Below, one piece after another: positions 1 to 7,609 of a stretch of 64,000 nt of DNA. Positions within the stretch are counted from its first letter, which is position 1. Every line of letters begins with the position of its first letter. The notes beneath the pieces are model-generated. The model had not been told where the DNA came from and ran no database searches. It saw nothing but the letters and a program-made list of their open reading frames with translations. Made by a program: the position numbers and the translations under genes. Where the stretch lies: the sequence record NC_061418.1; one strand, given 5' to 3'.

Positions 1-414
1 TGCGTAGAGAAAAACTTTACCAAGCTCTAACCGTAACCCTGCGTTGATCGCTCTTAACGGTAACGGATGTTTCTCGGTGAGAATGTCCCACTGCTCGGTG
101 AACCCGCGAACGTTAAGGCAATACCCTCCTTCTGACGCGAGACGATTGATGTCGTCACCGGTCATGGAAAGATAGAGGTCTGCTATGTCAACCCCCAACT
201 GGGTAACTGGGAATCGTTTGTTCGGTTCTTTCAGCGCGTATTTAAGTACCAGCGTACTGTAGTGTTCTTTGACGATGTTCTGAATATCAGTTTTCGCCTC
301 TTTCGTTTTAAACGACGTCACTAACGAGCCGTAGTGTCGTAATTCATGGATGACGTTCCCTTGTGTCACGTAACTCTTCGCTCTAATTTTGCCCAGATCA
401 AAATTATAGTACAT
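1..414 (-). CDS. hypothetical protein, runs off the window edge (MYYNFDLGKIRAKS...)
   Basis: Hand-translated open frame from ATG at 414, preceded by AAGGAG, with no stop before base 1; not in the ORF track. Confidence 0.7.
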   Translation of the reverse strand, partial: MYYNFDLGKIRAKSYVTQGNVIHELRHYGSLVTSFKTKEAKTDIQNIVKEHYSTLVLKYALKEPNKRFPVTQLGVDIADLYLSMTGDDINRLASEGGYCLNVRGFTEQWDILTEKHPLPLRAINAGLRLELGKVFLYA

Positions 415-448
415 TACTCGCTCCTTATTTACTGGCGTGGCGGTACGG

Positions 449-901
449 TTATTGACCAGCGATTAACGCGTTCTCTAACACCAAACGAAGAATCTTATCG
501 TTCAGGTCGTCACGGTTAGTGGGCGAAGTAATCCGCTTTTTACGCAGTCCTTCTGCGACCGTTCCCGTATTGAACTCGAGTGTAAGGTAGCCCACGTCTT
601 CTTTCTTGTCTTCCAGCCAACGATATTCATACTCGAATTTTCTGTCATCATACGCGACAGGGTGGCGAGAAACAATACGGTAGGTGCGGCACATCACTTT
701 ATTTTGAAGATCACTGTAGAGCTTGTAGATCTCCATTTTAGTGACTTGACCTTTGACTTCCCGGTAATTCTCTGCCGAGAGTTCCGCGATCAGTTTACCG
801 TCCTTTGCCAAGAGCAGGTTTCCGTGATGGATAGTCGCAACCATCCCGTCTTCACGGCGCTCTTGTAGACCGGCGCAGCCTGTTAGTTCAAATGTAATCA
901 C
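449..901 (-). CDS. hypothetical protein
   Basis: 150-aa ORF packed into the minus-strand operon; no recognisable motif. Confidence 0.7.
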   Translation of the reverse strand: MITFELTGCAGLQERREDGMVATIHHGNLLLAKDGKLIAELSAENYREVKGQVTKMEIYKLYSDLQNKVMCRTYRIVSRHPVAYDDRKFEYEYRWLEDKKEDVGYLTLEFNTGTVAEGLRKKRITSPTNRDDLNDKILRLVLENALIAGQ

Positions 902-1406
902 TGAGTAATCCTTTAAAAAGTTTGAAAGCTTCTGGTTGGTAACCGATTTGTTCTGGGGCTTCCGAAGGACTGAGAAGGTAAAACCGATTCTCCTCGTCTT
1001 CTTGCCAAAGGAAATGATCCCGATAATCTAATAACCCATCAGGGTATAAAAGATCGTAATAATAATCCCCTACTTTCAATAACGAATGACCAAAACAAAA
1101 ATCAGTCGGCGTATTGTCGTCGTAAGAAATCTCTTGGTAATAAAATAAAAATTCTTCCGGGTGATCGGTACACAGTTCTTTACCTAAATCACTGATGGCT
1201 AAGCAACACCCTGAATAGACTTCGCCAGGGCCTTGATCCGCTGAACCGTATAACCAGATATCAAAATCATCGCCTGGAACAAAACCGATTTCTTTCGCCC
1301 GCACTATCCCCCAGTCCCAACAATGTTGACCGAGATTTAGGTTGTTAGTCAGAAAGAACTCCTTGTAGACTTTCCTCAACAAATGCAGGTATTCACTTGT
1401 CGTCAT
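888..1406 (-). CDS. hypothetical protein, possible papain/transglutaminase-like Cys-His-Asp fold
   Basis: Start moved to ATG 1406, just after the upstream stop; motifs YSGCCLA...GHSLLKVGDYYYDLLYPDG. Confidence 0.55.
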   Translation of the reverse strand: MTTSEYLHLLRKVYKEFFLTNNLNLGQHCWDWGIVRAKEIGFVPGDDFDIWLYGSADQGPGEVYSGCCLAISDLGKELCTDHPEEFLFYYQEISYDDNTPTDFCFGHSLLKVGDYYYDLLYPDGLLDYRDHFLWQEDEENRFYLLSPSEAPEQIGYQPEAFKLFKGLLSDYI

Positions 1407-1407
1407 C

Positions 1408-1737
1408 TTATTCGATCCTGTCGGTGTAATTTCCGTACCACCATCCATCCGGCGCCAACGTGACAACGATCCGACTTCCGCCTTCCAATGGAATCCATTC
1501 CTTATCAAAAACGTATTTAACAGGCCATGATGTCTCGTTGGCACGGACGCGTCTTCCCACGTTACTCTCTAAAGGAAGAAACCGGAATCGAAACATTTCT
1601 TTATTTTCCAGGGTTCCAATTTCTACCTTGACGTCAGGTATTCGACAACTTCTACGAACCGCCCGGGAAAAGGTAGCGATGATTCTTTTTTCATTGCGAT
1701 AAAATTTAACACAAGGTGTAGTTTTAATTATACTCAT
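1408..1737 (-). CDS. hypothetical protein
   Basis: ORF-track frame with likely start at ATG 1737 (MSIIK). Confidence 0.6.
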   Translation of the reverse strand: MSIIKTTPCVKFYRNEKRIIATFSRAVRRSCRIPDVKVEIGTLENKEMFRFRFLPLESNVGRRVRANETSWPVKYVFDKEWIPLEGGSRIVVTLAPDGWWYGNYTDRIE

Positions 1738-1777
1738 AGGCAATTTCATCAAAAAAACCCTCTTAACGATTATAGAA

Positions 1778-1805
1778 CCTCTAGAGACGGAAACGTCTCT
1801 AGAGG
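1778..1805 (-). terminator. intrinsic terminator-like hairpin after the transglycosylase gene
   Basis: CCTCTAGAGACG-GAAA-CGTCTCTAGAGG, 12-bp perfect stem. Confidence 0.7.
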
Positions 1806-1817
1806 GGAGTATTTTAT

Positions 1818-2498
1818 TCAGCGAGGTGAATGGTTATCTGCAAGGGCTATAGGTAACTGGTTCTGAAACGCGTAAAGCGTGACTTCCTGTTTATACGCCT
1901 TGCGGTGATTTGAAACGACGGAGTTGACGTATTGCTTGAATCCGGCAACTGTGCGGGGTTTACCTTTATCAGTGTAGAAGTACGCGCGATTACCTGCTGC
2001 GCCTCCTGCCACCCTTACCGCTAACCGATCATTTCGTGCCTTCAATATTTTCACTGCACCGCCGGGTCCTAACAGATGGGCCATGTAGATTTCATTGATC
2101 CCGACCTGACGCTGGAGTGAACGCTCTAAAAACTCTTTGTTCTCCTTCATGTACGCTACCGCCATAAGCGTGTTCGCACGTGAGTTTTTTACACTGGTTC
2201 CGGGTTTGACCCCGTACTGTTTACCGTACTTCTTTACCGTGGCTCGCCACGTTCGATCTGTAAAACCAAATAGTCCTTTTGCTGAAGAGTGTTTATTGTG
2301 CATACCGGCGCCCATCGTACTTTCAATGGAAGCCATGGTAACCAAGTCAATCATTTTAACGTCGGTTTTTTGAGATACTCGATATAAGGTATCGCTATGC
2401 TTTGCAAAGCCTACGCTATTAGTCGAGACAGATGCGGTTGCTGGGGTAGCAATAATGCTTACCAGGCAAAGGACAAGCGCCCAGAAATAGTTTGGCAT
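1818..2498 (-). CDS. lytic transglycosylase (SLT/goose-lysozyme-like, similar to the phiKZ gp144 catalytic domain) with N-terminal signal peptide or SAR
   Basis: SLT motifs MASIES (catalytic Glu), SSAKGLFGF..TW and IYMAHLLGPGGA; hydrophobic N-terminus ending in ATA-S. Confidence 0.8.
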   Translation of the reverse strand: MPNYFWALVLCLVSIIATPATASVSTNSVGFAKHSDTLYRVSQKTDVKMIDLVTMASIESTMGAGMHNKHSSAKGLFGFTDRTWRATVKKYGKQYGVKPGTSVKNSRANTLMAVAYMKENKEFLERSLQRQVGINEIYMAHLLGPGGAVKILKARNDRLAVRVAGGAAGNRAYFYTDKGKPRTVAGFKQYVNSVVSNHRKAYKQEVTLYAFQNQLPIALADNHSPR

Positions 2499-2594
2499 TT
2501 CTCATATTTCCTATTCAAATCAAAAGAAAGCCAAGGTAACCCTTGGTTACGTATCTCAACGTAACCGGGCATACCCTGACTATAGAAAGGCGAA

Positions 2595-3242
2595 CTATTG
2601 TACCGAAATCACCCGCTCTTTCATCAAAGGGAAATCAAGATTCGTCCGGAAATCGACAATCTCGTGATCAAAGAAGCTGATATAGACGCGTTCACGGTCA
2701 ACCAGATTACCAATAACAAAACGCGTAGTACCGAGTCGGATATGTTCCGCGACGACACTGAATGCGTACAGCAGCTCACCCGGATTAAACGGTATACTGT
2801 TCCCCTCGACGTTATCGACAGGCAATGACAATACTTCTGCCGCCACGAAGATGTGTGTTGTTCCTCGATGCCACCATGCGTATTTGTGCACGCCTTCTTT
2901 CACCTTCAACATCACCGCAGGAATATCCGGGCGAGTGAGATCAAGAGCAATCTGCTGCACTGTTGGGAAAGTCGCACAGAGTTCAAAGAGTACCCAGAAG
3001 AGATCTTTGTGATCCTCTCCTACCGCTGCATTCAGTTCCTCAATAGCGGTTGCGCTACCGTACTGACCGATAACACTACTGAAGACAACGGGTTCGTCCA
3101 ATAACTTGCTCCCTGGGTGTGGCACGTTCTCGAAGTTTTGAGTTTCTTCCGCACTGATTGGAACGGTCAGGGTCAAAGTTTCCGTAGCGTTATCCAACGT
3201 GAAGTTACCGGTCTGGAAGATTTTAAGTTCTGGTTTACTCAT
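2595..3242 (-). CDS. hypothetical protein
   Basis: 215-aa ORF with ATG and purine-rich RBS. Confidence 0.75.
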   Translation of the reverse strand: MSKPELKIFQTGNFTLDNATETLTLTVPISAEETQNFENVPHPGSKLLDEPVVFSSVIGQYGSATAIEELNAAVGEDHKDLFWVLFELCATFPTVQQIALDLTRPDIPAVMLKVKEGVHKYAWWHRGTTHIFVAAEVLSLPVDNVEGNSIPFNPGELLYAFSVVAEHIRLGTTRFVIGNLVDRERVYISFFDHEIVDFRTNLDFPLMKERVISVQ

Positions 3243-3441
3243 TTTCTTTTCCGTATTAAGGTTAGTCTAACAAATCAAGAGAAGGTAACGTGACTTTGCA
3301 AATCGAAGTCAAGGTCAACTACTTAACCGTTATGACTTTTAGAGTCATAACTCTAAGGATGGACCTACGGTCTAATTAACGCACAGGCTTCGCCGTGCGA
3401 AGGTCAACAGATAAATATAAATAAATTTATTTTTCGATGAA

Positions 3442-3849
3442 TCAACTTTTGTACAACGCGATTACCTTCAAAATCTCACTGACCATCGAATCGGGAAGTT
3501 TGAAATCGTTCCGTTCCATTTGTTCCTTAAAGAGACGAATCTCTTTCAATGACCGATCCACTCGTAAACCGAAACGATCTCCTAACCAGAACAACATCGG
3601 GTTTTTCATAAAACGTTTCAGTAGGCGTTGCTCGGGTTCCGTCAGTTCGTCAAACGTCCGTAAGACTTTAATGCGTAAGAGCAGCGGACGGCGTTTCGGG
3701 GATTCTAAGTAACGAGAGAGACGTTCAAAGAGTTCATTGTCAGAAATCTCTGGATTTTTCTCAGAAGGGATTAACCGATCGATATAGTCATCACTGAATC
3801 CAAAAGAGCGAAGGAAACGTTCCGCAACGTCATAGTGGCGAATGGCCAT
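3442..3849 (-). CDS. hypothetical protein
   Basis: 135-aa ORF with GAGGAG RBS, directly downstream of a TATATCAC motif. Confidence 0.8.
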   Translation of the reverse strand: MAIRHYDVAERFLRSFGFSDDYIDRLIPSEKNPEISDNELFERLSRYLESPKRRPLLLRIKVLRTFDELTEPEQRLLKRFMKNPMLFWLGDRFGLRVDRSLKEIRLFKEQMERNDFKLPDSMVSEILKVIALYKS

Positions 3850-3875
3850 GGTAATACTCCTCTAGTTAGTACATT

Positions 3876-3890
3876 CAATAACGTGATATA
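3876..3890 (-). promoter_or_regulatory. candidate early promoter TATATCACNNTATTG
   Basis: Minus-strand TATATCAC-GT-TATTG; the same motif occurs at 8726-8740 and 42271-42285; resembles the phiKZ early consensus TATATTAC. Confidence 0.6.
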
Positions 3891-3911
3891 GTTTTTAATT
3901 CAATTTGAAAC

Positions 3912-3940
3912 AAAAAAAAAGAAAGGGGCGAACCCCTCTC
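3912..3940 (-). terminator. intrinsic terminator
   Basis: AGGGG-CGAA-CCCCT stem followed on the minus strand by a T9 tract, just after the 3944 stop. Confidence 0.7.
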
Positions 3941-3943
3941 TTT

Positions 3944-4309
3944 TCAGCTGATCGGAACGATCTCGAGAAACCGTTTACTGACAGTAATACGGCTCCGTTT
4001 TCGTTTCGCCAACGCACGTTCCAGCACCGCCCGCAGTTTGATTGCTTGTAGCCGGGTTAAGTCCCAGACAATCTCTTTGCGCGTGACACATTTCCAGAAC
4101 CCCCAGTAAGCGCCCGTGGAGATACGGATGATATTGTTCTCAGAAGCGATGAGACGCTCTCTCAGCGTCGGTAATTCCAACGTCAGTAAATGACCAGGGG
4201 TTTTGATAGAGTCGGTTAGCTTGTCATTCAGCGCGTTATAGAGCGCTTTCATTTCACGGGGCTCGATAACCATATCTCGATACCCGTAAACTTGAATCTC
4301 AACGGCCAT
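3944..4309 (-). CDS. hypothetical protein, tandem paralog of 4299-4664
   Basis: Shares W.LTR.QA..L....E..LAKR...R..(V/M)S with its neighbour. Confidence 0.75.
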   Translation of the reverse strand: MAVEIQVYGYRDMVIEPREMKALYNALNDKLTDSIKTPGHLLTLELPTLRERLIASENNIIRISTGAYWGFWKCVTRKEIVWDLTRLQAIKLRAVLERALAKRKRSRITVSKRFLEIVPIS

Positions 4310-4664
4310 TTTTATTTACCGCCATCAGCTGAATTTGAGAAAAACGCACTTGGTTAAAAGACATCACCAGTCGATCAGATTGACGTTTCGCTAAGAAAGC
4401 TTCGCAACGTAACATCAAACGAAACGCCTGACTGCGAGTTAGCTTCCAGTAGTGACGATTGCCTAACCAGATCTGAAGAAGACCGTCGTCAATATCGATG
4501 ACACGGACCAGAATATCTTCGCCCTGATTTTCTTCAAGGTCAGCGGCGATAGTCGCCCGGAGCTTTTTGGCGTAGTGACGACTAAGAACCATCTTAGGGA
4601 CAATAGTATTTTCTTTTTCTTTCGCTGAGTCCCATTGTTTGGCAACGTTCTGAGTAAAGTTCAT
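4299..4664 (-). CDS. hypothetical protein, tandem paralog of 3944-4309
   Basis: 121 aa with AAGGA RBS; motif YWKLTRSQAFRLMLRCEAFLAKR. Confidence 0.75.
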   Translation of the reverse strand: MNFTQNVAKQWDSAKEKENTIVPKMVLSRHYAKKLRATIAADLEENQGEDILVRVIDIDDGLLQIWLGNRHYWKLTRSQAFRLMLRCEAFLAKRQSDRLVMSFNQVRFSQIQLMAVNKNGR

Positions 4665-4732
4665 TTTGAATTCCTTATTGGTTTAGTTAGCATAGTCCTT
4701 CGGTCAAACGACCGAAGGAAGTGTAAATAGGA

Positions 4733-5122
4733 TTAAGCGGCTTCAGCCATTTTGATACGAATTTCTGAAGGGAAATCGAAACCAACTTCTTTCCCTGGGC
4801 GCAATGCTTCCTGACGAGAAGCAACTTCGATGCGAACGTTTTTACGAATCTGAATACCAAAGCCCAGATCGGTTTTGTAACATTCGATGTCACGGTATTT
4901 ATCGTTGGTGTTTTCAATGGCGTTCAGTAACAGCCATTTGATATCACCTTTACGGTCGAAGGCAATGTCTTGCAGCTGCGCATAAAGCGGGTAGTATTCG
5001 GTTTCGAAAAGAATCTGTGCCGGAGTATCGACGAATTCAGTTTCGTGGTAAAGCGCTCTCAGTAAACCGGCGATGCGAGCAGCGGTGATAGCGAGGGTTT
5101 GTTTATCAGTGAAAGTGATCAT
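4733..5122 (-). CDS. hypothetical protein
   Basis: 129-aa ORF in the operon. Confidence 0.75.
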   Translation of the reverse strand: MITFTDKQTLAITAARIAGLLRALYHETEFVDTPAQILFETEYYPLYAQLQDIAFDRKGDIKWLLLNAIENTNDKYRDIECYKTDLGFGIQIRKNVRIEVASRQEALRPGKEVGFDFPSEIRIKMAEAA

Positions 5123-5163
5123 TTTTGGATACTCCGGTAGAATTGTTGAGGTAAAAGAATGTC

Positions 5164-5484
5164 TTAGGAAATGTTTTTAACTAACCGTTTGAAGACGCCC
5201 GCATCGATAGTGAAGCAAACGATGCTCGCGGGTTCGACGTAATGATTGGTCAGCGTGAAGATGTAGTCGTCGTAGGTTTGCAGTATCTTCAATGCCGCCT
5301 CGTAGACGCTATGGTCTGCTTTACGAACTAATACAACGGTGTTGTACGAATCCCCGGGCAGGAGAAGGCGATCGCCCAGCGCGTTGGCGTCATCGTGGGA
5401 AAAGATCAGCTCGATACTGCGGACGTCGTTTGATTCGATATCGTTCTCGAGAAAGACCACGGAGTTCATTTTTGAAAAGCGCAT
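5164..5484 (-). CDS. hypothetical protein
   Basis: 106-aa ORF with GAGG RBS. Confidence 0.75.
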   Translation of the reverse strand: MRFSKMNSVVFLENDIESNDVRSIELIFSHDDANALGDRLLLPGDSYNTVVLVRKADHSVYEAALKILQTYDDYIFTLTNHYVEPASIVCFTIDAGVFKRLVKNIS

Positions 5485-5493
5485 GTTTAACCT

Positions 5494-6171
5494 CTATTGG
5501 TTGAAAACGGAAATGAAGCGACTTACAACGCGAATACGACCTTTACCCGGACCACGTTTAATTGGGCTCGACAGCGTGAGACGATATGCTTTTATTACAT
5601 CGCCATCAAAATCTACAAAGCCAGGGGCGCTAGGTCCTTTATTTGCATAAAGACCAATGACCGGACTACCAGAAATACCATAACCATTACTTGGCTCCGT
5701 AGAAAACATAGAGTGGTTGGTGGTTTGCTCCGAAAGTCGGAGTAATGCTGCGACATCTTTATCGTTGATTGTGTCAGCGTCTTCAAAAACAACGACTTTA
5801 GAATTATCGGGTGTGCCGTAGATATCTACCTGAGGAGTATCTTCGAGACGAACTACTTCAAACGGTTCTTCTGAAAGCGTAATAATTTCTTTCAATCCAT
5901 CAATGATCGAAGACGCCGCAATAAGGGTTAACTCTTCCCCAGATGGTGTTGAATCACGAATAGAACCTCGCGTTGTTGATACAGAAATTAGCATCCTTCT
6001 CACTGCGCTATTCATTATAAACACTTCGGTTAACGGTAGGTTGTAGAACACCTCTGCGCGCTGAATCAACTGGTAAGCAATTTCAATCCGGGAAATTTCC
6101 GTGTCCTTTACAGTGTCAAACCATGCCAGAATATCTTTAGCCGTTTCTACGGTTGTTTTTAAGTCAGTCAT
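5494..6171 (-). CDS. hypothetical protein, first gene of a candidate early operon
   Basis: 225-aa ORF with GAGGA RBS, downstream of the ATGTATATATAGC motif. Confidence 0.8.
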   Translation of the reverse strand: MTDLKTTVETAKDILAWFDTVKDTEISRIEIAYQLIQRAEVFYNLPLTEVFIMNSAVRRMLISVSTTRGSIRDSTPSGEELTLIAASSIIDGLKEIITLSEEPFEVVRLEDTPQVDIYGTPDNSKVVVFEDADTINDKDVAALLRLSEQTTNHSMFSTEPSNGYGISGSPVIGLYANKGPSAPGFVDFDGDVIKAYRLTLSSPIKRGPGKGRIRVVSRFISVFNQ

Positions 6172-6229
6172 TTTCTTTTCCTCTAAGCTTAGTTATTCAG
6201 AAAGGTCTTTCCTTTCCTTCTTCACCTTG

Positions 6230-6242
6230 GCTATATATACAT
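6230..6242 (-). promoter_or_regulatory. candidate early promoter (T-tract + ATGTATATATAGC)
   Basis: Motif recurs at 27186-27198, 30114-30128, 49005-49017 and 58251-58263, each upstream of a minus-strand operon. Confidence 0.65.
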
Positions 6243-6311
6243 CAAAAAAACTGCATTTCATTCTCTTAGAAAGTTTTTATGTTACCCATTCTAATTTTGA
6301 AGGACACTGTT

Positions 6312-7565
6312 GTGGAAATCAAAAACCTTTTTGACGATCGTTTTAAGAACGTCGTTTACGATAGTCGCTTTGCCAGGGATGTCGCTGTTTTCACGAAGAC
6401 CTTCGAAAACAAAGGCGAACATGCAAACTTCTTTGGTAGCGGTCTACTCGGCACCGTCAGGATTCGTTGGACAAACACCGAAACCAACGGGTTCTTTGAT
6501 GACATTTTAAAAATCGACCCCGATGACCTGAAAGCTGACATCGACGAACTGGATTGCATCGATCCAAGTCATATCGTGACTACGGACGCCTTTAACTTGA
6601 TGATCGTCTACTGCGTCCATCGTGCGATGACCAGTGGTAAACTCTCAGCGGTACAACGAAAAGAAACCGCGATTAACCTGTTAAGAATTCTCCACTTTAA
6701 ATTCATCTGCGGGATCATCACCCGTTACTTCCCGCATGGAACAGACGTACAGATCGCACTGCGGACGTATGAGGCCATGACTAACCGCTTCGACCTCAAG
6801 ATCTACAAGACTTGGGGCAAACTCATTACGGCCCGCGCACAGTCAATTATTGAGCCTCACGGCATCCACGCGAAAACGATCCAGACCTTCACTGACGACG
6901 ACGCTGTCAAGTACATGCTCTCGGATATCCAGACCCGTATTCGAACCGTGATCAAAACGTTAACGGCGCTCTATTACCAGGTCAGAGAAAACGATGGTCG
7001 AGTTATCTCGGTCTCCAGTATGGTTGAGGTCGAGGGTAACCTCGAGCTGCGAGACGTTAAACGTGCCTTCCCGAAATACCGGCGTTACCTCTTTGAACAA
7101 ATGACTGACCCGGCTAGTTTTATACGTTTGGAGTTAGTGGATATTCTGACAAAGAATGCCCCTTCGCAGAAAAAAGCGTTAATTGCCACGTTGCAATATA
7201 CCAGCTTGCATGTCATTAACCCGGAAACGTTATTTAACACCAACCGTGGGAAAGAAGTTAAGCAGAGTAAAGAAACGCGTCAATTGGTTGAGTTTACGGA
7301 AAGAACGCTCGAATATACTTTCGACTTTATTCACGGTAAGGGAATCAACCCACGCAACCTCGTCGAGTTAATCGGCAGCATCAAAGCGGTATTGAACGCC
7401 TCCCGTAACAAAGAACCGGAGGTCATGTACCTCAGAACCGAAGGCGATAAGATTGTGCGTGCAGCCACCGGTAAACGCGAACCTACGCCAGTCTCTGCGG
7501 AACGAACATCGTTTATTCTGTATTTGATTCTGCGTACCCTGACAATGAACTACTACCAAAATTAA
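6312..7565 (+). CDS. conserved phiKZ-like virion structural protein (probably the SPN3US gp262 / phiKZ gp32-like gene near the terminase)
   Basis: Long plus-strand ORF in a minus-strand region; GTG start at 6312 after GAAGGA; position relative to terL matches phiKZ-like synteny as I recall it. Confidence 0.55.
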   Translation: MEIKNLFDDRFKNVVYDSRFARDVAVFTKTFENKGEHANFFGSGLLGTVRIRWTNTETNGFFDDILKIDPDDLKADIDELDCIDPSHIVTTDAFNLMIVYCVHRAMTSGKLSAVQRKETAINLLRILHFKFICGIITRYFPHGTDVQIALRTYEAMTNRFDLKIYKTWGKLITARAQSIIEPHGIHAKTIQTFTDDDAVKYMLSDIQTRIRTVIKTLTALYYQVRENDGRVISVSSMVEVEGNLELRDVKRAFPKYRRYLFEQMTDPASFIRLELVDILTKNAPSQKKALIATLQYTSLHVINPETLFNTNRGKEVKQSKETRQLVEFTERTLEYTFDFIHGKGINPRNLVELIGSIKAVLNASRNKEPEVMYLRTEGDKIVRAATGKREPTPVSAERTSFILYLILRTLTMNYYQN

Positions 7566-7575
7566 ACCAAAAAAA

Positions 7576-7600
7576 AAGAGAGGGGTAACCCTCTCTTTTT
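7576..7600. terminator. bidirectional intrinsic terminator between convergent genes
   Basis: AAGAGAGGG-GTAA-CCCTCTCTT flanked by A and T tracts. Confidence 0.8.
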
Positions 7601-7609
7601 ATATTTTCG

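Noticed and set aside
4687-4917. 76-aa ORF overlapping 4733-5122 (possible frameshift product)
   Set aside because: No slippery sequence seen; its 3' end runs through the hairpin/leader region; likely a spurious alternative frame
7568-7577. Long A tracts (also near 3912, 27810, 46623 and 63991) as phase-variation sites
   Set aside because: All are intergenic and mostly flank terminator stems as U tracts for the opposite strand; not in coding sequence
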